Positions 25,604-36,506 of a stretch of 64,000 bases of DNA are shown here, piece after piece; the stretch's first letter is position 1; each line of letters opens with the position of its first letter. Under the pieces are notes generated by a model. The model saw nothing but the letters and a program-made list of their open reading frames with translations. It ran no database searches and was not told the origin of the DNA. Source of the stretch: Armatimonadota bacterium (lineage in GTDB: Bacteria > Armatimonadota > Fimbriimonadia > Fimbriimonadales > GBS-DC). The position numbers and the translations under genes are program-made. Location: NCBI GenBank assembly GCA_037444405.1, contig JBBIML010000006.1, positions 1 to 64,000 of the forward strand, given 5' to 3'.

Positions 25604-27959
25604 CGCTGCCGAAGTTAAACAGCACGGTTAGCAGATCGGCGTCGTCGACAATCCCGTCCAGGTTGATGTCTTCGTGGTAGGTGGGGGCAGTTCCGCGTCC
25701 GCCGAAGTTGAACAGCACAGCAAGCAGATCGGCATCATCCACGCAGCCGTCGCCGTTTGTGTCGCCTTCGCGCCAGGTGTCCAGCCAGTAGAGCGCGGTG
25801 GGGACGGTGGGGTATCCGTACTGGACTGTCTGCACGAAGCCGACGATGTAGCGCCCATCATAGGAGGTCGCCTTCGCCTCGGCGAACTGGTAGTTCGTCC
25901 CCTCCAGCAGATGCCCGTAGGAGTCGTTGAGGTCCTCCATCCCGTTCTCGTCGGTCCAGCGGAACGCATAGGCGAAATAGGTGTAGCTGGAATGAAGCGC
26001 GCCCACAATCACCGCGCTGTTGTCCGAAACGCCGAACGCCGCGTATGAAGAGTTCCCCCGATTGGGGAGCGTGCCCAGCGCGTCGCACCGAACGACGCCG
26101 AACGCTTCGGGAACCCATCGCACGGCGAAGGGACCCGAGCTGCCAACGGTGATGGGGGCGGTGTAGGCGCGCGACCATGCAACGCCTGGACCAAAACAAG
26201 TGGGCAGACGCAACAGACCCACCACAGGGTAGACTGCACCGGATGTAACCTCGTAGCCGCAAAAGTCCCCTGCGGTTGCGATATCCGTGTCGGTCGGGAT
26301 GACGAAGCGTTCAGGAAAAGAGGGAAACGCAAAATACGGGTTGCCCGGGCGCGCCTGCGTGTCGTACCAGTACAGGCTCAGGCTGAGATAAGACACATAG
26401 GAATTGCAGGAATTGAAAGTGCCCAGCGTCACCCCAATGGCGGGCGCACGGTGGTACGGAGGCACGCTATCGCCGGTGACCATCGCCACATCTAAATCGA
26501 GGCGTGAAACACCGCTTAGGCATCTGGGATCTCTGTCGCCGAAGGGCTGGATGTGGGGATAGGGTTCCAGACCTCCCTGCTCGGTCCAGCGGAACGCGCA
26601 GAGGTGGTCTCCCGTTGAGTTGCAGCGGTAGCCGCCCACGATGTTGGTTCCATCAGGCGAGACATCGAGCGCTGCAGCAAGCCGCGCGAGGATTTGCAGC
26701 CCGCCCGTCGGCGTCCACCGAAACGCATCCGCCTCGGTCAGGGATGGCAAAGAGCTCCCGTAGTCGGCGAAATAACGATATCTCCCTGCTGGGGTGGTGT
26801 TCGTCACGCCGACCACCACGCGCCCATCCCACGAAATCGCCGCCGCGAGCGGCGCGATACCTGCGTTCTCCTGAATGAAGCGGATGCGTCCGGGGCGGGG
26901 CGGCTCGGTCTCCAGCAGGAAGGCTTCGGCGCGCTGGGTTGCGGCGTTGTAGCCCTGTCCGACGATGTAGCGTCCGTTCGGGGAGATGCTCTGGGCGACT
27001 TCGAGGTAGGAGCCGTTGTGCATCAGGTGGGCGTAACGCTGGGTCAGGTCTTCCATGCCACCTGCAGCAGTCCAGCGGAAGGCGCGCCACTGTCCCTGCG
27101 CGTTGCGGGCAAGCCCAACGATGATGGCGCCGTTGGCGCTGATGTCGCGGGCGCCGCTTTCGGTTCCGCCGAGCGTGCCCAGCGGTTGCAGTCCCGTCTG
27201 TTGTGTCCAGCGGAAGGCGCGCCACTGTCCCTGCGCGTTATGGGCGGCGCCGACCACCACGCTGCCGTCGGCGGAGGTCGCCCATGCGTCGCCTGTGCTG
27301 CCGCCGAAAGTGCCCAGATCCTGCATCCCGTCGGAGGCGCTCCAGCGGAACGGGCGCGTGCGTCCCTGCGGGTCGGACGACCAGCCGACGACCACCGCGC
27401 CGTTGGCGGAGACGCCGTATGCGCTGCTGACCAGCCCGCCCAGTGCGCCCAGGTCTTGCATCCCCTCAGAGGGGGTCCAGCGGAAGGCACGGAGCCGTCC
27501 GCCCGCATCGATGCTCCGCCCGACCACCGTGTTGCCGTCGGCGCTCACATCGCGCGCCTCGCTCCAGTAGTAGGTCTCACCGGTGTTGCCCGCCAGCGTG
27601 CCGAGGTTCTGGAGTCCGCCTGTAGGCAGTTGCCGATAGGCGCGGACGGCACCGTTGGGCATGGTGCTGAAGCCGACGAGCGTCAGCCCGTTGCCCGTGA
27701 TGCTCCACGCCTCGCTGTGGTTGCCACCGAGCGTGCCGTTGAGTTCTGACCCCTGCAGGCGCGTGGCGCGGAGGGTGCGCACGCCGCCCGAATCGTTGGT
27801 GGCTTTGCCGATGACCAGCCCATTATTGGCGACGCCGCGCACCTCGACAGGTCCCAGCCAGGTCAGGCGCTGGGCGGCGCCGCTTGCAAGCAGCGCGCTC
27901 ATGCCCAGCAGAAGCGACAGAGTGCGTCCAATTCCTCTCAGAAGCCGTTCGATTTGCAT
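25596..27959 (-). CDS. Extracellular HAF-repeat protein with C-terminal dockerin-like module
   Basis: Signal peptide, many 'RAFRWT...GMQDLG..GG..S.A..VSADG.VVVG' repeats, DDADLL pair. GAGG RBS at ATG 27959. Confidence 0.88.
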   Translation of the reverse strand: MQIERLLRGIGRTLSLLLGMSALLASGAAQRLTWLGPVEVRGVANNGLVIGKATNDSGGVRTLRATRLQGSELNGTLGGNHSEAWSITGNGLTLVGFSTMPNGAVRAYRQLPTGGLQNLGTLAGNTGETYYWSEARDVSADGNTVVGRSIDAGGRLRAFRWTPSEGMQDLGALGGLVSSAYGVSANGAVVVGWSSDPQGRTRPFRWSASDGMQDLGTFGGSTGDAWATSADGSVVVGAAHNAQGQWRAFRWTQQTGLQPLGTLGGTESGARDISANGAIIVGLARNAQGQWRAFRWTAAGGMEDLTQRYAHLMHNGSYLEVAQSISPNGRYIVGQGYNAATQRAEAFLLETEPPRPGRIRFIQENAGIAPLAAAISWDGRVVVGVTNTTPAGRYRYFADYGSSLPSLTEADAFRWTPTGGLQILARLAAALDVSPDGTNIVGGYRCNSTGDHLCAFRWTEQGGLEPYPHIQPFGDRDPRCLSGVSRLDLDVAMVTGDSVPPYHRAPAIGVTLGTFNSCNSYVSYLSLSLYWYDTQARPGNPYFAFPSFPERFVIPTDTDIATAGDFCGYEVTSGAVYPVVGLLRLPTCFGPGVAWSRAYTAPITVGSSGPFAVRWVPEAFGVVRCDALGTLPNRGNSSYAAFGVSDNSAVIVGALHSSYTYFAYAFRWTDENGMEDLNDSYGHLLEGTNYQFAEAKATSYDGRYIVGFVQTVQYGYPTVPTALYWLDTWREGDTNGDGCVDDADLLAVLFNFGGRGTAPTYHEDINLDGIVDDADLLTVLFNFGSGC

Positions 27960-27979
27960 CGTTCTCACCTCGTTCGTTG

Positions 27980-29857
27980 TTATTTGTTGGGCGCGGACGC
28001 CCGCAGGCGCTGGAGTTCCGCTTCCAGTCGCTGAATGCGCGCCTCCTGCTGGCGAATCTGCTCCTGCTGCACCTGCAGGGCGTTCACCAGCAGCGGGATG
28101 AGCGCCTGGTAGTTCACAGCGAGCGTCTTCTGGGGGTCTTCCCCTTCCGACACCAGCTCGGGGAACACTTCGCGCAGCTCCTGCGCGATGAACCCATACT
28201 GCTGGGTTTGCGGGAGCCGTTCGTCGCGCCAGTAGTACGACACAGGGCGCAGGCTCAACAGACGCTGGAATTCCTGCGTAGGGTTCACGGGCTGGATATC
28301 GCGCTTGAGCCGTGCGTCGGAGCGCGATTCGATCCAGTTGTAGCGGATGGCGGCGCACACGATGTCCCAGGTCTCCAGTCCGCCCTGCCAGTTAGAGGGC
28401 CAGTCCTCGTAGAATACCGATCCCTGTCCGACGATGCGGGCGCCTTTTTTGCCTGCGGAACCGAACCAGCCGCCCAGTCCGTCGGGGCTGCGGCTTTCGC
28501 CCGCCACGCCGAAGTTCCAGCCGCTGGTCGCGCTGGCGAGTCCGTACACGGCTCTACCGTCGGGGCTGCGGCTCTCACCGTACACGCCGAAGTTGGTGCC
28601 TGTGGTGGCGTATCCCCAGCCGAACACGCCCCGCCCGCTGGGACTGAGGCTGACGCCAAATACGCCGTAGGTAGTTCCATTGGGGCTAACCGCTTCGCCA
28701 TACACGCCGCGCCCGCTGGAGCTGCGGGATACGCCCCAGACCCCCGTGTTGGTTCCCGATTCGGCGATGGCTTGCCCCCGCACGCCGATGCCTGTGGTAC
28801 TCTGACTTTCACCGAAAACGCCCCAGAAGTTGCCGCTTGTGGCGGTCGCCGTTCCTGCGATGGCGATGCCGCCGCTGCTTCCTGTGCCCTGATTGACCGC
28901 GTAGATGGTGTATGGTCCACTGGACGACACATAGAGTTGACCTGCGTTTCCATCATCGCCGACCATCAGGCGTCCCGTGAAGTAGCCGTCGCCCTCCACA
29001 TGGAGACGATACCAGGGGTTCATCGTGTTGATACCAACATTGCCATCGTCATCGACTCGCATCGTTTCGTTGCCTGCGCTATTCACGAAGCGCACCACAT
29101 CATCGCCCGTGTTGTCCACATCGGGATGCAGGGTCAGCCAACCCCAGCTCTGGATTTCCCCATTATCCACGCGCAGGTGACCGTTAACGATGTGCAGTTT
29201 CGCGCTGGGGTTGCTTGTGCCGATGCCCACATTCCCGTTGCCCTTGATGCGCACCCACTCGGTGAAGTTCGTGCTGCTGCCGTATCCGAAGGCAATATCG
29301 CTGCTGAATTGGTCAGTGTAAATCTGTAAAAGACCTGGCTGAACACCCAGTCCGTAGTGGGCGGCAGGCGCCTGACCCCAGAGAGAGATTTTGTTGCCGA
29401 CAGAGTTATCGAGGGAGAGCAGTGCGGCAGGCGTGTTCGTGCCGATGCCGACGCGACCACCGTTGTAGAAGATGGTGGTGCCGATGGTTTGCCACGGGCG
29501 CTGGGCGAAGAAGGCGGTGCTGGCATACGGAGCAGGGTTGATTTTCACACGGGGCGAAAGCACTGTGGAGCCGACGCTAATCTCCAGATAGCGATCCGAG
29601 CCGTCCCACACAGTGCCGAAGTCCAGCGGCACGGTAAACAGCCCGTTCTGCACATTCACCGTCTGGGTAATCGTGCTGCCCACCTGCGCTCCCCCTGTGA
29701 GCGCGGTGAAGAGTTTGAAACTCATACTGAGCGTGCCGTTCACGGGCTGTCCGTTCTGTTTGAGGACGCCCTGATAGGTGAACGGTTGCGCAATAACAGG
29801 GCTGGCGAGTGTCAGAGCCAGCCATCCGAGAATTCCCAAAAGCATCGTGTATCGCAT
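27980..29857 (-). CDS. Signal-peptide fibre/adhesin-like protein with C-terminal S74 intramolecular chaperone
   Basis: N-terminal FTYQG domain, 'GNVGIGT' and 'GVYG' repeats, 'SDARLK.DI...L.L.PVSY.W...GFIAQE...V.Y' and a terminal coiled coil. Confidence 0.88.
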   Translation of the reverse strand: MRYTMLLGILGWLALTLASPVIAQPFTYQGVLKQNGQPVNGTLSMSFKLFTALTGGAQVGSTITQTVNVQNGLFTVPLDFGTVWDGSDRYLEISVGSTVLSPRVKINPAPYASTAFFAQRPWQTIGTTIFYNGGRVGIGTNTPAALLSLDNSVGNKISLWGQAPAAHYGLGVQPGLLQIYTDQFSSDIAFGYGSSTNFTEWVRIKGNGNVGIGTSNPSAKLHIVNGHLRVDNGEIQSWGWLTLHPDVDNTGDDVVRFVNSAGNETMRVDDDGNVGINTMNPWYRLHVEGDGYFTGRLMVGDDGNAGQLYVSSSGPYTIYAVNQGTGSSGGIAIAGTATATSGNFWGVFGESQSTTGIGVRGQAIAESGTNTGVWGVSRSSSGRGVYGEAVSPNGTTYGVFGVSLSPSGRGVFGWGYATTGTNFGVYGESRSPDGRAVYGLASATSGWNFGVAGESRSPDGLGGWFGSAGKKGARIVGQGSVFYEDWPSNWQGGLETWDIVCAAIRYNWIESRSDARLKRDIQPVNPTQEFQRLLSLRPVSYYWRDERLPQTQQYGFIAQELREVFPELVSEGEDPQKTLAVNYQALIPLLVNALQVQQEQIRQQEARIQRLEAELQRLRASAPNK

Positions 29858-29997
29858 GGTGTTTACCTCCATACCCTCACTATACACCGGGCTGGCGCGA
29901 ATGCACGAAATTTGCGGAAAAATGCAACATCCCCCTGCTGGCGACTGGATGCAGGAGGATTCATCCCGGGCGTCGAATCGAGCGGGCGGTGATGGCT

Positions 29998-31281
<1,284 letters not shown>

Positions 31282-31286
31282 ACGGT

Positions 31287-32444
31287 TTATCGAGCACGGA
31301 TCGCGAGCAGGGCGGCTGCCAGCAGCGCCAGTGAGGCGCCCATCAGGAAGGCGGCGGGTGCGCCCAGCATCTGCCACACCAGCCCGAACAGCACGCTGGC
31401 AGGCAGCATGCCGATGCCAATCACGAAGTGGAACGCGCCGAACGCCTGACCGCGCTGATCGGGCGGCGCTAGCTCGGCGACCAGCGCCCGCTCCGCGCCT
31501 TCGGTCAGCCCGAAGTAGAGCGTGTACAGCCCGAACAGCGCCCCAATCTGCCATGCGGCGCTGGCGAAGCCGAAGCCCGCATAGACCAGCGCGTAGAGGA
31601 GCCAGCCCAATATCAGCATTTTCGGGTGTCCCCAGCGGTCTGCCAGCGCGCCGCCTGGCGTGGACAGCCCGCTTTTGAGTAGGTTGAACCCCGCCCACAG
31701 CAGGGGCACCATCGCGGCAGGCACGCCCGCCTGCTCCGCCCGCAACAGCAGGAAGGCGTCGCTGGAGTTGCCCAGCGTGAAGAGCAGCACGCACAACAGG
31801 AACCAGCGGAACCGACCTGTGGGCAAGCCGAAGCGCGGCGGCGTACGGGTTGCTGGCACAGGTTCCGACACGCGACGCAACCCCGCAAAAAGCACTCCCA
31901 GCGCCAGCGCCGCCGGTACCGCCGACCACCAGAAAACCAGTCGGTAATCGCGTGGTGCCAGCAACAGGATGCCCGACGCCAGCAGCGGACCAATCGCCGC
32001 GCCCAGATTGTCCATGCCGCGATGGAAGCCGAATGCCAGCCCACGATAGGACGGCTCGGTGGCGTGCGCGATCAGTGCGTCGCGCGGCGCGGTGCGAATG
32101 CCTTTCCCAACCCGATCCGCAAAGCGCAGGCACAGCACCTGCCACGGCGCGCTCGCCAGCGCCAGCAGCGGGCGCGTGAACACCACCAGCCCGTAGCCCA
32201 GCACGGTCAGCGCCCGATGCTTGCCAGCGCGGTCGGCGAACCAGCCTGAAAACAGCTTCAGCAGGCTGGCGGTCGTCTCCGCCAGCCCCTCAATCAGCCC
32301 GATGAAGGCGACGGATGCGCCCAGCTGCGCCAGAAAGAGGGGTAGCAGCGGGTAGACCATCTCGCTGCTGATGTCGTTGAGCAGGCTCACCGCGCCCAGA
32401 GCCAGCACGGCTAACGGCAGCCGCCGACCCAGTGAGGCTTTCAT
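31287..32444 (-). CDS. MFS transporter
   Basis: DISSEM, DRVGKGIRTAPRDA, GALADRWG. Confidence 0.92.
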   Translation of the reverse strand: MKASLGRRLPLAVLALGAVSLLNDISSEMVYPLLPLFLAQLGASVAFIGLIEGLAETTASLLKLFSGWFADRAGKHRALTVLGYGLVVFTRPLLALASAPWQVLCLRFADRVGKGIRTAPRDALIAHATEPSYRGLAFGFHRGMDNLGAAIGPLLASGILLLAPRDYRLVFWWSAVPAALALGVLFAGLRRVSEPVPATRTPPRFGLPTGRFRWFLLCVLLFTLGNSSDAFLLLRAEQAGVPAAMVPLLWAGFNLLKSGLSTPGGALADRWGHPKMLILGWLLYALVYAGFGFASAAWQIGALFGLYTLYFGLTEGAERALVAELAPPDQRGQAFGAFHFVIGIGMLPASVLFGLVWQMLGAPAAFLMGASLALLAAALLAIRAR

Positions 32445-32472
32445 CACCAGCCCCCAGTGTACCTGTTGCACC

Positions 32473-34041
32473 CTACATCGACTGGCGTTCACGCTCCTGC
32501 TGAACCAGCACGCGGCGCAGGATTTTGCCCGATGGCGATTTGGGTATCTGCTCCACGAACTCGATGCGTCGAACCTTCTTGAAGGGCGCGACGCGCTGCG
32601 CCACATAGTCCATCAGCTCTTCGGCGGTAGCAGGCGCTTTCAGCACCACGAACGCTTTGGGCACCTCGCCCGCCTCCTCATCGGGGCTGGGGATCACGGC
32701 GGCGTCAGCAACGGCTGGATGGCTCAAGAGAACCGCCTCCAGCTCGGCAGGCGCGACCTGCAAGCCCTTGTATTTGATCAGCTCCTTCACGCGGTCAATA
32801 ATATAGAAGTAGCCGTCCTCGTCCACATAGCCGATATCGCCCGTGCGCAGCCAGCCGTCGGGCGTGATGGTGGCAGCCGTCGCTTCGGGATTGTTCAGAT
32901 AGCCGCGCATCACCTGCGGACCGCGAATCCACACCTCACCCTCCTGATGGATGCCCAGCGGGTTGCCCGTGCCGATGTCCACAATCATGCATTCGGTGTT
33001 CGCAATCGGCGGACCGACCGATGCCAGCTTGATGCGCGACGGGTCTTCAGGGTTCACATGTGTCACGGGACTGGTCTCGGTCAAGCCGTAGCCCTGCAGC
33101 ACGATACAGCCCAGTCGCTCAGCGCAGGCGCGGGCAACATCCTCACCCAGCGGCGCCGCGCCCGACATGATAATCTTCAAACTGGACAGGTCATACTGCT
33201 CCACCATCGGGTGCTTCGCCAGCGCGAGGATAATCGGCGGCACAAGGTTCGCACGATTGATGCGGTAATCCTGCAAAATGCGCAGAAACTGCTCCAGGTC
33301 AAAGCGCGGCATCGTCACGATGGTCACGCCGCAATACAAACACAGGTTCAGAATCACCAGCATGCCGTAGATGTGATAGAAGGGCAGCACGCCGATCACG
33401 CGCTCGTCAGACTGAAGGCGAACCCCGGAGCCAAGCACCTGCACCATGTTGGTGACGAGGTTGTAGTGGGTGAGCATCACGCCTTTGGGCAGTCCCGTGG
33501 TGCCACTGGAGTAGGGCAGCACGATGAGGTCATCGCGCGGGTTGATTGCCACCTGTGGCGGCTCAGCGTCGGCGAGCAGCTCGGTGAAGGGTGTCGCATC
33601 GCGGCTGTCGCCGAGGGTGAACACCTCCTGCACGCCCGCCTTCTGCGCCGCAGGCAACGCCTTCTCCAGCAATGGGTCAACCGTGACGAGGAACTTCGCG
33701 CCCGAATCGCGCAGCTGGAACGCCAGCTCATCCGCGGTGTAGAGCGGGTTCGCGGTGGTGATGACGCCGCCCGCCAGCGCGACGCCGTGAAATGCCAGCG
33801 CGTATTCGGGCAGATTCGGGCTGTAGATGCCAACCACCTCCCCCTTTTTCAACCCGCGCCGCGCCAGATTGCCTGCCACGCGCTGAACACCCGTCCACAG
33901 CTGAGCATAGGTAAGTGTGCAACCTGTGAAGCCATCAATCAGTGCGGGTCGCTCACCGAACTCCGCCACGCGCTTATATACGAACTGCACCAGCCCCTCT
34001 TCGGGTATCACCACCGTTGGGTGAGGGCTACGAAACACCAT
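32473..34041 (-). CDS. 4-coumarate-CoA ligase-like AMP-binding enzyme
   Basis: PYSSGTTGLPKG, QGYGLTE, TGDIG, DRVKELIKYKG, PKSPSGKILRR. Confidence 0.9.
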   Translation of the reverse strand: MVFRSPHPTVVIPEEGLVQFVYKRVAEFGERPALIDGFTGCTLTYAQLWTGVQRVAGNLARRGLKKGEVVGIYSPNLPEYALAFHGVALAGGVITTANPLYTADELAFQLRDSGAKFLVTVDPLLEKALPAAQKAGVQEVFTLGDSRDATPFTELLADAEPPQVAINPRDDLIVLPYSSGTTGLPKGVMLTHYNLVTNMVQVLGSGVRLQSDERVIGVLPFYHIYGMLVILNLCLYCGVTIVTMPRFDLEQFLRILQDYRINRANLVPPIILALAKHPMVEQYDLSSLKIIMSGAAPLGEDVARACAERLGCIVLQGYGLTETSPVTHVNPEDPSRIKLASVGPPIANTECMIVDIGTGNPLGIHQEGEVWIRGPQVMRGYLNNPEATAATITPDGWLRTGDIGYVDEDGYFYIIDRVKELIKYKGLQVAPAELEAVLLSHPAVADAAVIPSPDEEAGEVPKAFVVLKAPATAEELMDYVAQRVAPFKKVRRIEFVEQIPKSPSGKILRRVLVQQERERQSM

Positions 34042-34109
34042 TGTGCGCCACCTCCGCTTTTATGATACAGCAATCGGGAAGCGTTCCCTGCACTGTTCAA
34101 GCGATAGCC

Positions 34110-34742
34110 TCACGGCAACAGTTCAGCAACAGGAATGCTCACATCGGGGCGTGTCAGGGGAACAATGCTCTGGTCCGCCTCCAGCCGCAGTGCGGTTTGA
34201 TAGGCAGCGCCATAGGGTGCGCGGGCATTGGGGGCAGGTTCGCGATACACCTCCAGCACGCGCTCCTTGAGATTGAGAATCCAGTATTCGGGGATGCCCA
34301 CGCTGGCGTACAGGCTGCCCTTGATCTCCCGATCGGTCTTGAGGGAGGCTTCGGCGACCTCCACCACCAGCAGGGCTGTGTCGGGATGCCGCTCCGCATA
34401 ATCGCGCGGACTGCCCGAGACAACGGCGATGTCAGGGAACGGCTCATCGTAGGGAGTGAGCGTGAGCGGCAGTTGCGGGCGAACATCGTAACCTTCGCCA
34501 AAGGCGCGCTGTAGCGCAATCTCCACCAATCGCAGGGCGGTCGCATGAGGTGAGCGCATCGGTATCTCCCGTTGCACGATGGTGCCTGCCAGCAGCTCCA
34601 GGCGTTCATCAGGCGCGAACACCTCGGTCTCCAGCAGGCGCTCAAACTCCTCGCAGGTAATCAGCCGACGGTTGGGCAAGCGCAGCCGTCGGCTGGGTAC
34701 GCGCGTTTTCGCCTTCGATGCAGCAGCCGTCGCCTGGCTCAT
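34110..34742 (-). CDS. Uma2 family endonuclease-fold protein
   Basis: ELLAG.I, PDIAV, LVVEVA, Y...GIPEYW. Confidence 0.9.
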   Translation of the reverse strand: MSQATAAASKAKTRVPSRRLRLPNRRLITCEEFERLLETEVFAPDERLELLAGTIVQREIPMRSPHATALRLVEIALQRAFGEGYDVRPQLPLTLTPYDEPFPDIAVVSGSPRDYAERHPDTALLVVEVAEASLKTDREIKGSLYASVGIPEYWILNLKERVLEVYREPAPNARAPYGAAYQTALRLEADQSIVPLTRPDVSIPVAELLP

Positions 34743-34754
34743 GCCATGCCTCCT

Positions 34755-36446
34755 TCAGATAATGGTGCGGCGGGTCTCATCCTGGCGTGAGTCGGGGCGG
34801 ATGGGCTTCACGCTGGCGACATTCTCTGGCTCGTAGTCGATGAGTTTGAGCCAGTCCTCGATCGCGTCTGATTTCGGGAAGATTTCGTTCTCGCGATACT
34901 CCATTTCGATGGCGTGTCGCAGGTCGTCGGGGCGGATGCCATGCTCGCTGCTGGGGTCATCGATGGCGCGGCGGATGGCGAACTCCTTCGCGCGATCCAC
35001 CACCGATTTGATGAGCGCGCCGCTGACCAGATCGCGCCAGTAGAGCGTCTCCACACCGCCGTTGCGCAGGTAGACCTGCAGGAACTCGGTGTCGGGCGCC
35101 CGACGCCACAGATACTGCACTGTCTGCTCAATCAGGCACTCGCGCGCCTCCTGCGGGCTGTCATACTGCGCCACAAACTCGGGATCGAGCGGGATGTTCT
35201 CGTGCAGGTAGATGCCGAAAATCTCGGCGGTTGCCGCCCGATCGGGACGCTTCACCTTCACCTTGCGGTCGATGCGTCCCGGACGCAAAATCGCGGGGTC
35301 GATGTAGTCGGGTCGGTTCGAGGTGAGCATTACCACCACATTTTCGAGGCTCACCAGCCCGTCCATCTCGGCGCAGAACTGCGGCACAACGGTATTGGAG
35401 ATGTTGAGCCATCTGCCCGAGCTGCGCACGCGCAGGATCGATTCGGCTTCGTCGATGAAGATGAACACCAGAAAGCCCTCGCGCGCCTTCTCGCGGGCAA
35501 TCGCGAAGATTTCGCGCACCATGCGCTCCGTCTCGCCCAGCCACATGTTGAGAATCTTCGGACCGCTGATATACATAAAGTACTCTTTGACAGGTCTGCC
35601 CAGCCGTTCGGAATACTGGCGGGTGAGGTTGTAGGCGGTCGCCTTGCCGATGAGCGTCTTGCCGCAGCCCGGCGGACCATAGAGCAGAATGCCCTTGAGC
35701 GGTTGCTTATCGAAGCGTTTGAAGACTTCGGGGTGGAGCAGGGGCAGTTCGATGGTCTCCCGGATGAGGCGGATGGCTTCGTCCTGACCCCCGATCTGGC
35801 TCCATTCGATGGGCGGCACCTCTTCGAAGTAGTGGTCGCGCACTTCCTGGTGGGGGATATGCTCGATGGCGACCTTGAAGTTTGGCTCCAGGCGCACCTC
35901 GTCGCCGGGCTTGATGGGCATCTCCATCAGGTCGGTGGAGCGGAACACGATGCGGGAGGTCATGCCCTGTGGGTCGGTCGCCACGCGCAGACGGTTGTCA
36001 TCCAGCACCTCCTGCACTTTGACCACGGGACCTGCGGGGTGATAGCCGAGGTCGCCAATCACGGCGAACGCCTCGTTCACCTTCACGCGCGTGCCCACCT
36101 TGAAGTCCTTGTTCTCCAGTTTGGGATCGATGTTGGCGTAATATTCGCTGTCGCCAATCGCGACCATCGCGATGTCTTTGTCGGGCGAGCCGAGAAAGAC
36201 GCCGATGCGGTTCGCGGGCGAGGTGAGTTTCTGATACGCCTCTTCGTACTCCTGAATCGCCTGAATCGCCTCCTGCATCTGCTTTTCGTCCACTTCGAGC
36301 TGGTGGCGCAATAGCTGGAGCAGGCGCATCAGGCGCAGGTCGGTACGGGGCGCGATTCGCATAATCTCTTCGAGGATTGCCAGCGCGCGAATCTGCGTTT
36401 CGGGCATCTCCTCGGAGAAGTCGTCCTTATCATACCGCTGTGCCAT
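34755..36446 (-). CDS. arc: Proteasome-associated AAA ATPase (ARC/Mpa family)
   Basis: N-terminal coiled coil plus tandem OB, GPPGCGKTLIGKA, FIDEAE, 'TVVPQF..EMDG', SNRPDYIDPAILRPGRID, SGA.I..VVDRAK, ENE.FP. Confidence 0.82.
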   Translation of the reverse strand: MAQRYDKDDFSEEMPETQIRALAILEEIMRIAPRTDLRLMRLLQLLRHQLEVDEKQMQEAIQAIQEYEEAYQKLTSPANRIGVFLGSPDKDIAMVAIGDSEYYANIDPKLENKDFKVGTRVKVNEAFAVIGDLGYHPAGPVVKVQEVLDDNRLRVATDPQGMTSRIVFRSTDLMEMPIKPGDEVRLEPNFKVAIEHIPHQEVRDHYFEEVPPIEWSQIGGQDEAIRLIRETIELPLLHPEVFKRFDKQPLKGILLYGPPGCGKTLIGKATAYNLTRQYSERLGRPVKEYFMYISGPKILNMWLGETERMVREIFAIAREKAREGFLVFIFIDEAESILRVRSSGRWLNISNTVVPQFCAEMDGLVSLENVVVMLTSNRPDYIDPAILRPGRIDRKVKVKRPDRAATAEIFGIYLHENIPLDPEFVAQYDSPQEARECLIEQTVQYLWRRAPDTEFLQVYLRNGGVETLYWRDLVSGALIKSVVDRAKEFAIRRAIDDPSSEHGIRPDDLRHAIEMEYRENEIFPKSDAIEDWLKLIDYEPENVASVKPIRPDSRQDETRRTII

Positions 36447-36506
36447 AGGGTGATTGACCTCCTCAAGTCCTGCCCTATTATACCCCGCTTTGCGCGTGGA
36501 CGGTTC

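Noticed and set aside
27070..27239. DGR template/variable repeat pair
   Set aside because: The repeats are identical, short and within one gene, with no adenine-specific mismatches and no reverse transcriptase.
34110..34742. Uma2 gene as a defence system with the ARC ATPase
   Set aside because: Uma2 paralogs are commonly scattered, and the ATPase is clearly of the ARC/Mpa type. There is no evidence of a functional link.
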